DNA of 64,000 nt from Nitrospirota bacterium (lineage in GTDB: Bacteria; Nitrospirota; Nitrospiria; Nitrospirales; Nitrospiraceae), in assembly GCA_963701855.1 (NCBI GenBank), contig CAVPBK010000006.1, positions 640,001-704,000 of the forward strand. The letters run 5' to 3'. This document shows positions 9,691 to 19,218 of the stretch, piece by piece. Each line of letters opens with the position of its first letter. Positions within the stretch are counted from its first letter, which is position 1. Under the pieces are notes generated by a model. The model was not told the DNA's origin, did no database searches, and was given only the letters and a program-made list of their open reading frames with translations. The position numbers and the translations under genes were made by a program.

Positions 9691-10931
9691 GACTTCCACC
9701 CCAACTCGCGCGCTAGATCGCGCAGAAACGACGCGGCGTCCATGACCAGCCCGACAGCCTGAAAACTTCCTCGATCCGCGAGTTTCGTCGGGACGGCCGG
9801 ATTAACGTCGACGCAGACGGAGGGGATCGTGGCAGGCAACAAATTGCCCGTCGCCACCGCATGCAGCGTCGAGGCGACGAGCAAGGCCAGTCCGATACCA
9901 GGGATTGCCGCACGCATGGTTGACTGGGCTTCTACTGAATCCGTGATCACGCCGGGCAACGGGCCGTCATCGCGGATCGTGCCGGCCATGACAACGTGGA
10001 CACCCCGTCTGACGCAGGCTGCCATAATTCCGGACTTCACGACTCCTGACCGGACCGCTGCCTCGATGCTGCCGATGGCCCTGATCCGATTAATGGTTCG
10101 CAGATGGTGTTCATGCCCATGCGGCACGACGCGACCTGCCGCATGTCCATAGCCGAGGGACGTGCCGTAGAGATCGACCTCCATATCATGAGCGGGCAGC
10201 GCATTCCCGCAGAACAAGACATGGATGAATTCTTCATCAATCAGCCATGTCAGCGCCTCACGCCCTCCAGCGTGCACAATCGCCGGACCTCCCGCCAGCA
10301 GCACCTTGCTGCCAACTTTCCCCTCCCGAAATCCTGTTCGCAGCTGCTCAAGGCGCTTGGCAATGTCGCTAATGACGCGCCCATGGGGACGCTCGGACGA
10401 AACCTGCGATTCCATAAAGCTGAACACATCGCGATCACGTGGCCGCTGGAGCGGGATCACCCGCACGCCCTCACGGCCGGTCACGATCTGATCACCACGC
10501 TTCACCTCTCCCATCGGAACAGTCTTCGCAATCAGACGAACCGGGTCCACAAGAATCCCCAGATCCATCTCGATCCCCTCCACCTCCACCCACTGATCGC
10601 GAACTCGCACCTGGGTGGGTAAATGGGTGGTCGCGTAAAACTCGTCGGGAAAGATGCCGTTCGCCGGGGCCGCACTCAGCCGACAATCCCGTTCACTCTC
10701 AACCGACGCGCCGTGGGGTTGAATGGTATGGAGAATCTCGCTGAGCAGTTTCGCGGACGAGGCCCGCACGACGATTCTGGCGCGCGACGGTTCCTCGCGG
10801 GTCTTGCCGATCTGCATATCTTGAAGATCGAAGGTTCCACCCATCATCAAAATCGTGTCCAGAACCTTCGCCAGGATCAACGAGTCGATGATATGGCCTT
10901 GAAGCAGGACAGTTTCTTGATCATGCATCAT
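9687..10931 (-). CDS. TIGR00300-family protein (LOR/SDH-like; ornithine cyclodeaminase module as in the ArgZ/AgrE C-terminal part)
   Basis: GHIIDSL, FYATT, F(S)FM..VSSER, GGPAIVH, GNAL..HD.E, GTIRDDGPLP, LHAVATGN, KLADRGS motifs. Confidence 0.85.
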   Translation of the reverse strand: MMHDQETVLLQGHIIDSLILAKVLDTILMMGGTFDLQDMQIGKTREEPSRARIVVRASSAKLLSEILHTIQPHGASVESERDCRLSAAPANGIFPDEFYATTHLPTQVRVRDQWVEVEGIEMDLGILVDPVRLIAKTVPMGEVKRGDQIVTGREGVRVIPLQRPRDRDVFSFMESQVSSERPHGRVISDIAKRLEQLRTGFREGKVGSKVLLAGGPAIVHAGGREALTWLIDEEFIHVLFCGNALPAHDMEVDLYGTSLGYGHAAGRVVPHGHEHHLRTINRIRAIGSIEAAVRSGVVKSGIMAACVRRGVHVVMAGTIRDDGPLPGVITDSVEAQSTMRAAIPGIGLALLVASTLHAVATGNLLPATIPSVCVDVNPAVPTKLADRGSFQAVGLVMDAASFLRDLARELGWKS

Positions 10932-11069
10932 AAGTCAGACTCCCTCTCTTACATGGAGAGGCTCCGCACAGATTCTACCACCCAGTTTCAACTGTTGCAG
11001 ATCAGATCCTGACTGTGCACCGAAGATTAGCAGGGCGCCGAATCACGTCCGCAAGATGCAGCCATCCCT

Positions 11070-11196
11070 GCGGGCGACTCAAAATGCTCCGCTAGCAAGG
11101 CCGCAGGCGAGTGAAAACCGGAGGCGTACCCTCTGGGGTACGTTGAGGATTTTCACGAGCAGAGAACGAAGCTAGCGGGCATTTTCAGCCGCCCGC
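11070..11196. repeat. Family A element (reverse orientation), overlapping the truD stop codon
   Basis: Ends GCGGGCGACTCAAAATG / CATTTTCAGCCGCCCGC; GCAAGGCCGCAG core; GTACCCTCTGGGGTAC hairpin. Confidence 0.85.
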
Positions 11197-12216
11197 GGTT
11201 TTCATGAGTTCGCGCAGAACGCTGGTCGCATAGGCGCCAGGCGGAAGTGAAAAGGAAAGGGTGAGCACCGACCCCTCCTGAGCCCATTCCAGATCGGCAA
11301 GAGGGATTCGGAACGAGCGCCGTTCGCCGCGAAACCCGCAGGCCTTCGCGGCTTCGGTAAGGCTTTCCGGGGTCGCGCCGCTCTCAGCCACCACGGCCCG
11401 TTCGATCTCTCCCGGTTCTCCGCCGGCCCACGAGGCGCGCGACCCAAACAGGATGCCGGTTGGACTGATCTCGAACCGGTCGGCCCGTGGCTGTTCCTTC
11501 ACAGCATCCTCGACCAGAAAACAGGCGCCGTTCTCCATTTTCATAGCCCAGTCTCCAATCAACACACGATCGAGTCGATCCAGTCGTCTGGCTAACATGT
11601 CATTAAAGAGATACGACTGATAGGCATTGAGGTACCACATGCGCTTGGACCGGTTCAGCCTGTTTCGGCGAGCAGGGTCCACCAGTAGTTCGGCTCCGAT
11701 TTGGTAATTCTGTCCGCTTCGCCCTTGCCGTTGCGGGCCGAAATAGTTCGGCACACCTCGTCGCACCAATATGTCCGTGACCAGGGGCACCGTCTCGCAG
11801 GCGTGCGTGGCGACATCCCGAATCACCAACCGAAAGCGATTGCCTGCATGATGCCCTGGACGCAAGCGATTGCGATGCCGGCCCAGTACTTCCACAGACA
11901 AGAGTTGCTCGTCCAGTTTCAATCGATCCAGCCGTTCAGGCGTAACACCGAGGAGCGAAATCATTTGCGTGGTCACGGCCCTGGCGTCTTTGAGGCCCGC
12001 TACCCCAATCGCTTGCGCTTTCACGCCTAAGACCGAGGACAATCGCAGAATGAGATCCGGAGTCGAGAGCAGGCGCTTTCTGATTTTGATGTAGAGATGC
12101 TCACCCTCTCCACAGGGGAGATACAGCGGATGCTCCTCAACCTGGAAATCTTCCGGGAGCGTCCGCATCTGTCCGCCAATGCCCGGCAACGCCGCCGTCA
12201 AAAAAGGCATGGTCAT
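11185..12216 (-). CDS. truD: tRNA pseudouridine(13) synthase
   Basis: PEDFQVEE, AGLKDARAVTTQ, GNRF, PNYFGPQR, FSLPPGAYAT motifs. Confidence 0.95.
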   Translation of the reverse strand: MTMPFLTAALPGIGGQMRTLPEDFQVEEHPLYLPCGEGEHLYIKIRKRLLSTPDLILRLSSVLGVKAQAIGVAGLKDARAVTTQMISLLGVTPERLDRLKLDEQLLSVEVLGRHRNRLRPGHHAGNRFRLVIRDVATHACETVPLVTDILVRRGVPNYFGPQRQGRSGQNYQIGAELLVDPARRNRLNRSKRMWYLNAYQSYLFNDMLARRLDRLDRVLIGDWAMKMENGACFLVEDAVKEQPRADRFEISPTGILFGSRASWAGGEPGEIERAVVAESGATPESLTEAAKACGFRGERRSFRIPLADLEWAQEGSVLTLSFSLPPGAYATSVLRELMKTAGG

Positions 12217-12312
12217 GGCGCAATAGCCCTCTTCTTCATTCGCACGTGATTGCCCTCACCGCTCAGTCGATCTCGATGGGGAGTGAGACGACTCGCATGG
12301 TATACTTTTCCT

Positions 12313-12954
12313 ATGTTATTCCGCCCAGTGATGGTCCAATGGCCTAAGGTCCGCCTGTTCGCGGCAGGCGTGTTCCTCACCGTTCTGATATGTACTCTGT
12401 CCCCAGGGAGCTCGTTTGGTAGAGACAATGCGATCTTTCAGCAGTTCACCCAACACATCGGCAGGCAGATCCACAAAGACAAACAAGCCTTTGCGCATGC
12501 GAACGCCTGCGTCTCTTGGTTTTATCAGCTGAACAAGACACCTCCTCCGACCGTGCAGGGAATCGGGTGGAAGCCCACGTCTTCATCCCAGCTCGAAATG
12601 GATTGTCTTCGCAACTACCCAAGCGGAATGGACGATGCGCGAAACGATCTTGCCAAGACACAGGCGTTGCTTTCAGTCAGTCTGACTTTCTATGAATTTG
12701 CCCTTGTCGCAGACCAGAATGACGATGCCATCTATAGTCCCATTGAACTTCAAGACTTGCTCCGCTCCCTCACTCTCTCGTACCATGACGCGGAGCCAAA
12801 CCCGAAGCAGGTCACAGCACTCACAGAGCGGTTCGACAGTTGGTACCGCACCCGCAACATGGACGCCTTGATGCAAGGCATGAGCGATCTGTATGAACGA
12901 GGCTATCGCGTAACGCCCTCCGATCGTGTTGAACTGGATCGGGTGATGGGATGA
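12313..12954 (+). CDS. Secreted hypothetical protein with an EF-hand-like loop
   Basis: Signal-like N-terminus, DQNDDAIYSPIEL loop; ATGA overlap with the next gene. Confidence 0.7.
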   Translation: MLFRPVMVQWPKVRLFAAGVFLTVLICTLSPGSSFGRDNAIFQQFTQHIGRQIHKDKQAFAHANACVSWFYQLNKTPPPTVQGIGWKPTSSSQLEMDCLRNYPSGMDDARNDLAKTQALLSVSLTFYEFALVADQNDDAIYSPIELQDLLRSLTLSYHDAEPNPKQVTALTERFDSWYRTRNMDALMQGMSDLYERGYRVTPSDRVELDRVMG

Positions 12955-13805
12955 CACGACACGCGAGATCCTGGCCTGATCGAGCCCGTTCCTTCATCGG
13001 ATATTGTCTCAGTGAACCGCTCTACCAGCTATTTAGTCTCGTCCCCCACTTGGAAATCGGACTATCCACATACGATATTTCACGACTCACCTATACACAC
13101 AGCATCTTGGCAGGCCGACGGGCCGTTCATCTGAGCGATCTGCACCTTGACCGTTATCAGCCACGGCACGATCTCATCGTCGCCACCATCGGCGAGCTCC
13201 GGCCCGACTGGATCTTTGTCACCGGCGACCTGCTCAACGTGCCAGAGGGACTGCCGCATGTGTTTCGATTTCTCGCCGGCTTGCGCGAAATTGCGCCGGT
13301 CTTCGTCACCTTGGGCAATCATGATCATTACAGTGGCGTACCGATCGATCGGTACTGCGAACTTGCCGATCGCCACAAAATCACCCTCTTAATCAATCAG
13401 GCCACCTTTATCTCCACCGGCTGTGGCGAAATCGCCATTGTCGGCGTCGACGATCCCTCTCTGCATCGAGCCGACCTAAGCTGTCTGCCGCCAAGCGCAC
13501 AGAATCGCTTCACTCTCCTGCTGGCCCATGCACCGAACATCCTCGATCAGATGGAGGACCACCACGCCGTCGACCTGATCCTTTGCGGGCATAGCCACGG
13601 AGGCCAGTGGCGCATACCAGGCATACCGACATTCTGGCTCCCGCCAGGATGCAACGGCCGAATTGAGGGACATCACGGAGAGCCTGGCCGCCAGCTCTAT
13701 GTCAATCGTGGACTCGGATGGTCGTTTCTTCCCCTGCGGTGGAATTGCACCCCGGAGATCGCCTGCATTGAATGGATCCACGAACAGGCGCAACCAGAAG
13801 GCTGA
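12951..13805 (+). CDS. Calcineurin-like metallophosphoesterase (YkuE/YaeI-like)
   Basis: DLH, GD, GNHD, H and GHSHGGQ motifs. Confidence 0.9.
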   Translation: MTRHARSWPDRARSFIGYCLSEPLYQLFSLVPHLEIGLSTYDISRLTYTHSILAGRRAVHLSDLHLDRYQPRHDLIVATIGELRPDWIFVTGDLLNVPEGLPHVFRFLAGLREIAPVFVTLGNHDHYSGVPIDRYCELADRHKITLLINQATFISTGCGEIAIVGVDDPSLHRADLSCLPPSAQNRFTLLLAHAPNILDQMEDHHAVDLILCGHSHGGQWRIPGIPTFWLPPGCNGRIEGHHGEPGRQLYVNRGLGWSFLPLRWNCTPEIACIEWIHEQAQPEG

Positions 13806-13888
13806 AGGCCGACGGTCAGGATTCGAAGTCCCAATACTTCAAGCCCTCAGTCTTCAGTCTTCAGCCTGCTTCGCCTGTTCGAACGGTT

Positions 13889-14527
13889 TCATGACTGCTT
13901 GATCCGCTCCAACGCTTCCTTCGATCGACTCCTGACAGTTTGATCCCAATCTTTCTCCATGGCTGTCGTCAGTTTCTCCTTCGCCTCACTCGCGCGCAAC
14001 CGGCCCAATCCCAACGCTGCGCTGGAACGTACATAGGCGTGGTCATCTTCTAGCGCCTTTAACAGCAAGGGAACGACTGTCGCATCGTTCAAGACGCCAA
14101 GGTGACTGGCCGCCATCCCTCGAATCCGGTGCTGCTTGTCACTCAGCGCCTGCTGCAACGTCGTCGCAAAGAGGTCTCGTAACGCGGGCGTCACGGATTC
14201 CAATCCTTTGGCGCGGTACCCATTTACTTCAATCAGTGCAAAGGCAATCTCCAGCTTCTTCTCCTCTCCCGTGGCCCGTTCGAACGCCGCCAATAACTTC
14301 GCACGTTCACGCCGTTGCGCCCTGCGGCGGTTGACCGCCCGGACTAACAGAAACAGCCCTGCCGCGACCACCAATCCCGCGAACGCCACGGGGATAGCTT
14401 GATCGATCACATACTCCTGGGTATCGAGCGACAGACGCTTCCACACCCAGACGCCGGTAATGACGAGCCCGACGAGGACTGCAATGGCAGCCAGGTTGGT
14501 CTGGCCCGATTCAGAACGAGTGCTCAT
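13889..14527 (-). CDS. Membrane-anchored HEAT/PBS-repeat protein
   Basis: Two TM helices then HEAT repeats (LLKALEDDHAYVRSSAALGLG). Confidence 0.85.
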   Translation of the reverse strand: MSTRSESGQTNLAAIAVLVGLVITGVWVWKRLSLDTQEYVIDQAIPVAFAGLVVAAGLFLLVRAVNRRRAQRRERAKLLAAFERATGEEKKLEIAFALIEVNGYRAKGLESVTPALRDLFATTLQQALSDKQHRIRGMAASHLGVLNDATVVPLLLKALEDDHAYVRSSAALGLGRLRASEAKEKLTTAMEKDWDQTVRSRSKEALERIKQS

Positions 14528-14574
14528 GGGGATAGCATCTTAGCAGGATGGGGGAAGGGATGGGAGGGGACGGA

Positions 14575-14795
14575 GGCTGATGCTCTTCTGTGCTCGCGCA
14601 ACGCGCGGTCTCGGAAGAACCTCGCTCGGGCTAATGGCACGTCTCGGCGTGCCAGTGGGTGGGCGGGTGAGAAAGTTGCGCGCAGTAGAAGATCAATCAG
14701 CCCCCTTCCCTGAAGAGATAACGAGCGAGCTTGGAGGGAGCATTTATATCGTTCGACGCGCGCAGTGAATGGCAGCCTCAGCCACTTCCTTGAAG
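14575..14795. repeat. Family B intergenic repeat
   Basis: Reverse-complement similarity to several segments at 18545-19160, e.g. CGCGCAGTAG(A/G)AGATCAATCAG and GAGCGAGCTTGGAG. Confidence 0.8.
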
Positions 14796-14986
14796 AATGG
14801 TATGGGGAATTGTGAAGGGTCTCGCACTTCACACATCCATAGCCGAGTTCACATACCGCCGATGCATTTCATGCCAGACTCAAAGAACAGAATACCCAGG
14901 TTTCTCTCACTGACAACATCTTCCCCCTTTCCAGTGAACTGTCCGATTGCAAAGTGCAAGGTCACGCAATGACCCCGAAATTCTGG

Positions 14987-15244
14987 TCAGAACTGTTGCG
15001 CCTGGATGATCGCCTCCAGCAATGCGCTCCGTTCCTCTTGCAGCTTCTTCGATGGCGGCACGCTCGCCACAAATCGTTCCGCCGCTGCCGTCAAGGCCTG
15101 CAGCGTCTCGGCCATGTCCCCCTGCCTTGGGGCAGGCGACAACGAGGCTTCACGTAACAGCGCGCGCCTCCTCCTGGGCCCGACATACATCTGCGGGGCG
15201 ATCGGGTTATCTTTTTCCAACTCGGGTCGTCGAAATACCGACAT
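14987..15244 (-). CDS. Hypothetical protein (85 aa)
   Basis: ORF with strong GGAGGA RBS upstream; no recognisable motif. Confidence 0.5.
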   Translation of the reverse strand: MSVFRRPELEKDNPIAPQMYVGPRRRRALLREASLSPAPRQGDMAETLQALTAAAERFVASVPPSKKLQEERSALLEAIIQAQQF

Positions 15245-15459
15245 GGCTCCTCCAAAGCATCAGACAAAAAGAAATAATTCGCACACTGTACTCGATTCGC
15301 GTCGGCAATTGCATCGGAGCTTGAGCACAGGGAGGGAATGGCTGCGGAGCGGTGCGGCAGAATGTCGGATGCGGGCGATGCGTGAGACGGCACGACTGGC
15401 GGAAAGGATTCCGATTAAGTAGCCTGTCCCCTTTTCTCCCTCCTGCTGATGAATGAATC

Positions 15460-17214
15460 TTGAACGAAGAGCGCAGACAAGTTAGTATCAGCCACTCCTT
15501 TCCCCTAAACCTCACCAGAGAGTTCGAGGCCCTTGTGGCAGACAGCCCAATAAGCCCATCGGCCGCAACGCGAGGCATTCAACTCCAGCTGATCGCACCT
15601 CTCCGCCGCCATCCTCCTCCTGTTGCAGTCGTCGAGCCGAAAGGCGTCGTATACACAAAACGTTGGGTCGTTGAACTACTCCTCGATCTGAGCGGCTACT
15701 GCTCGAATAAAAGCCTGGTGGATGCCCTGGCAGTCGAACCAGCAGCCGGTGATGGCGCATTTCTCGGCCCAATGATCGAGCGCCTGGTGGAGTCGTGCCG
15801 GAATTTTGGTCGATCATTGTCAGAATGCCAACATTCCTTAATCGCATACGAACTGGATGAAGAGAGCGCTGATCGTGCGCGTTCTCTTGCCCAAAGTATC
15901 CTAATGACTCGTGGGGTAAAGCGCCCGCTAGCCAAACGACTGGCCGATGCGTGGGTGTTAAACCGAGATTACCTTCTCGATACCGACAGCAAACAGGCTG
16001 ACTTCATTATCGGAAACCCTCCATACGTACGACTTGAGGATATTCCAGAAGAAATGGCCTCGGTCTACCGTAATGCATATCCGACGATGCGCGGTCGAGC
16101 CGATCTCTATGTGGCATTTTTTGAAGCAGCGCTTCGGCAGCTGAAGGCCGGTGGTGTATGCGCATTTATCTGCGCTGACCGATGGATGCGTAACCAATAT
16201 GGGGCGGAACTGCGGCAACTTATTACCTCAGCGTACAGTGTTGACGTGCTCCTGAGCATGCACCACGCCAACGCCTTCGACGATGAAGTGGACGCCTATC
16301 CGGCGATCACGGTGATTCGGCACAAAAAACAGCAGTCGACCATTGTGGCAAGTGCCGATCAGGTAGCTGAGAACATTCAGCCAAGACTATTGGCGACGAC
16401 GCTCCAGACAAACAGCCGCGACATTCTGCCCCAAGGTATCCATCGGGCAGTGGTGAAAACATGGTTCAAAGGAGCTGACCCCTGGCCCTGCCATTCGCCA
16501 GAACAATTGGCGCTCCTCCGACGACTGGAAGATCAGTTTCCTCCTCTCGAGATGAATGCCAAGGTGGGAATCGGCGTCGCCACCGGGAACGATAACGTCT
16601 ATATCACAACAGATGCTGACCTTGTGGAGCCTTCCCGCCTCCTGAAGCTCGCACTGGCGAAAGATTTGTCGAGCGGAACGGTGCGATGGTCCGGGCACTA
16701 TCTTGTGAATCCATGGAACCACGACGGACTGGTCAATCTGAAAACCTATCCGAAGTTACGAGCCTACTACGAGCAACATGCAGGAGCCTTGAAGAAGCGC
16801 CACACAGCGGAGAAGAATGCCGGCAAGTGGTACAAGACAATTGACCGCGTCAACAATGCCCTCACCGATACACATAAACTCTATATCCCAGATATTAAGA
16901 ATACGCTCGAGCCGGTCTTAGATCAGGGGGAAACGTACCCACACCACAATCTGTATTTCATTCAATCGGACGAGTGGGATCTGGAAGTACTCGGAGGCCT
17001 GCTGATGTCGAAGATCGGACAGTTTTTTGTTGAATCATATGGAGTCCGCATGCGGGGTGGCTATTTGCGTTTCCAAGCACAGTACCTACGCCGGATTCGA
17101 GTCCCTGCCCCTACGACCTTGTCCAAGATCCACTCTCATGAACTGAAAGACGCCTTCCGTCATCGTGACAGGCTCACGCGCAACCCAAGTGGCGTTGGAG
17201 CTGTATGGGATTAG
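15460..17214 (+). CDS. Type II N6-adenine DNA methyltransferase (PaeR7I/XhoI, TaqI-like class); probable frameshift near the C-terminus
   Basis: GVVYT, EPAAGDGAF (motif I), IIGNPPY (motif IV), ADLYVAF, FQAQYLRRIRVP. Start is uncertain. Confidence 0.9.
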   Translation: MNEERRQVSISHSFPLNLTREFEALVADSPISPSAATRGIQLQLIAPLRRHPPPVAVVEPKGVVYTKRWVVELLLDLSGYCSNKSLVDALAVEPAAGDGAFLGPMIERLVESCRNFGRSLSECQHSLIAYELDEESADRARSLAQSILMTRGVKRPLAKRLADAWVLNRDYLLDTDSKQADFIIGNPPYVRLEDIPEEMASVYRNAYPTMRGRADLYVAFFEAALRQLKAGGVCAFICADRWMRNQYGAELRQLITSAYSVDVLLSMHHANAFDDEVDAYPAITVIRHKKQQSTIVASADQVAENIQPRLLATTLQTNSRDILPQGIHRAVVKTWFKGADPWPCHSPEQLALLRRLEDQFPPLEMNAKVGIGVATGNDNVYITTDADLVEPSRLLKLALAKDLSSGTVRWSGHYLVNPWNHDGLVNLKTYPKLRAYYEQHAGALKKRHTAEKNAGKWYKTIDRVNNALTDTHKLYIPDIKNTLEPVLDQGETYPHHNLYFIQSDEWDLEVLGGLLMSKIGQFFVESYGVRMRGGYLRFQAQYLRRIRVPAPTTLSKIHSHELKDAFRHRDRLTRNPSGVGAVWD

Positions 17215-17237
17215 CGCTCGCATGATGGAGACGGCGC

Positions 17238-17999
17238 TTGAACATTGACAAGAGACTGCAAACCGCTGTCCAAAGCTACTGGAACGCCCGAAGACGAAAT
17301 AAAGCAAAGCAGGTCAAATCGGGGAAGATCGACGCCGGGACGCGAGGTGAGGTCACAGGAGGGACCCAGATGGGTGCCCTGGAAGTCTTGGTTTCAGACA
17401 TCCTGTGCGAAGCCGGATTGAAGAAGGTCGATGTCCGCACAAGGACTGCGCTTGAACTGCCGGGTTATTTCAGAGCTACGAAAAAATGGGATCTCATTGT
17501 CGTCTCCGACGGCGCGTTGGTCCTGGCGATGGAGTTTAAGTCCCAAGCCGGCAAGTCGATCGGCAACAATGTGAACAACCGTTCAGAAGAAGCGGTGGGC
17601 AGTGCCAAGGATATTTGGACAGCATTCCGAGAAGGCCGCTTTGGTCAGGCTCCTCCCCCCTTTCTTGGCTACCTATTCTTATTGGAAGATCGCGACAACG
17701 TCAAAACCCCTGTCGTCAACAAGGAACCGTACTTCCAGGTAGACCCTGAGTTTCGCGGAGAAACTCATCTCAAAGATACAGCAGCCCTCCGACGGTATAG
17801 AGGAGTCTCCTATAGCAAGCGCTACGAACTTCTGTGTCGCCGCTTGCTGCTGGAGCGGCTCTATACCTCAGCCTGTTTCATGATGGCCACGAACTCCAGA
17901 AAAACCACAATCACGCAGCCGGCTGAAGACCTAAATTTTCAGCGCTTCGTAGCCGCGCTACGAGGTCATGTTGTCACCTTCTTGGGCAGCCGCAGTTAG
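17238..17999 (+). CDS. PaeR7I/XhoI-family type II restriction endonuclease
   Basis: G.R..VTGG.QM, LPGYFRATKKWDL, EFKSQ.G, GNNVNNRSEEAVG motifs; directly downstream of the methyltransferase. Confidence 0.88.
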   Translation: MNIDKRLQTAVQSYWNARRRNKAKQVKSGKIDAGTRGEVTGGTQMGALEVLVSDILCEAGLKKVDVRTRTALELPGYFRATKKWDLIVVSDGALVLAMEFKSQAGKSIGNNVNNRSEEAVGSAKDIWTAFREGRFGQAPPPFLGYLFLLEDRDNVKTPVVNKEPYFQVDPEFRGETHLKDTAALRRYRGVSYSKRYELLCRRLLLERLYTSACFMMATNSRKTTITQPAEDLNFQRFVAALRGHVVTFLGSRS

Positions 18000-18064
18000 T
18001 AACTAAACCGCACGAGCCCACGCACTGACGAGGCGGTTAGAAATGTAGAATGTCCCCATTTTCT

Positions 18065-18107
18065 GGCCCTCTCGAACGTGCAGGAGATAGATGCGGTCGT
18101 CCTTCAT
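18065..18107 (-). pseudogene. Truncated HepT/DUF86 (HEPN) toxin N-terminus
   Basis: ATG at 18107 overlaps the MntA-like stop (ATGA) and reads MKDDRIYLLHVRE, a typical DUF86 start. Resemblance ends at the TGTCCCC repeat. Confidence 0.65.
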
Positions 18108-18394
18108 AGAGGGACAGCTTCAGCATGGATTCGCTGCTCAAGGTATGGACTCAGGCCCTGATCGGTGAGAATGTCGACTTTACGCTGGAGCAGTGTTTCG
18201 AGGTCTTGGCTGAGTTCAATGAGATCGAGCAAGCTGCGCCCATTATCCATTTCAACAAGGAAGTCGACATCGCTTTCCGGACGCGCCTCCCCCCTTGCCA
18301 CGGACCCGAAAATCCGCACATTGTGGGCTCCGTGCGCCTGTGCGAGGCGCAGTATTTCAGGCCGTTTGAATTTGAGTAAGTCCGCGATGCCCAT
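18104..18394 (-). CDS. Minimal nucleotidyltransferase (MntA-type antitoxin)
   Basis: FGSVARGEA..ESDVDFLV and KVDIL motifs; 96 aa. Confidence 0.9.
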   Translation of the reverse strand: MGIADLLKFKRPEILRLAQAHGAHNVRIFGSVARGEARPESDVDFLVEMDNGRSLLDLIELSQDLETLLQRKVDILTDQGLSPYLEQRIHAEAVPL

Positions 18395-18544
18395 TCTTCA
18401 CTCCCTGAGAAGTCTCTCGTCCTTGGAGGATACCGATTTACTCACGGCCTGACAAGCAGGACTCACAAAGTGTTGGGGTTCTGGAGTGCGCGTGTTCCAT
18501 CGAAAGGTCTTGGAACGACGCTTTTCCAATTCGCTATGCCTCAC

Positions 18545-19165
18545 TCTAGGGGAGTGGCCAAGGCTGCCCTTTACTGAGCGCATCGAGCGACCACCGTTTC
18601 ATCGTGGGGGCTCTGCGAGCAAGAAGGGCACCTGGCCATACTTTCCCGTCTCTCGAAACTTCCGCGTTATCTCTCTAGGGATGGGGCCTGATTGATCTCC
18701 TACTGCGCGCGACTTTCTCACCCGCCCACCCAATGGCACGCCGAGACGTGCCATTAACCCGGGCGAGGGCCTTCTGAGGCCGCGCGTTGCGCAAGCACAT
18801 CCCATTTCTCTACATCTCCCTCTCAGGGGAGCGGCCAAGACTGCCCTTGACTGCGCGCATCGAACAAGCACGATTATAAATGGTCCCTCCAAGCTCGCTC
18901 GTATCTTTCCTCACAGGGCGGCCTGGTTGATCCTCGATTGCGCGCGTCGAACGAGGCCCTTCTGAGGGCGCGCGTTCCGCGAGCAGGAGGATGACCAGGT
19001 GCCCAGCCCTTCCTCTGCGAGCAGAAGGGCACCTGGCCGCTCCCCTTCCTCCTCCAAGCTCGCTCGTTATCTCTCGGGGCTGGGGGCTGATTGATCTCCT
19101 ACTGCGCGCGTCCAACGAGGGGAGTCCGCGACCGCGCGTTGCGCGAGCACAGGAGATCAACAGCC
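18545..19165. repeat. Cluster of nested/tandem family B repeats
   Basis: Repeated modules: GGCCAAG(G/A)CTGCCCTT.ACTG.GCGCATCGA (x2), CTCTGCGAGCA(A)GAAGGGCACCTGGCC (x2), TGATTGATCTCCTACTGCGCGCG (x2), CCGCGCGTTGCGC.AGCAC (x2). Confidence 0.85.
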
Positions 19166-19218
19166 CCCATCCCCTCCCCCTCTTGAATTTTTGTCCTAGT
19201 GCGGACTATCCTCTCGCC

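Noticed and set aside
14820..14985. Possible gene remnant left of the R-M cassette
   Set aside because: No recognisable motif in the frames examined; could not link it to the missing HepT part.
18398..19218. Short ORFs in the family B cluster and the 76-aa extension of MarR
   Set aside because: They translate repeat DNA; similar peptides recur at 14524-14832.
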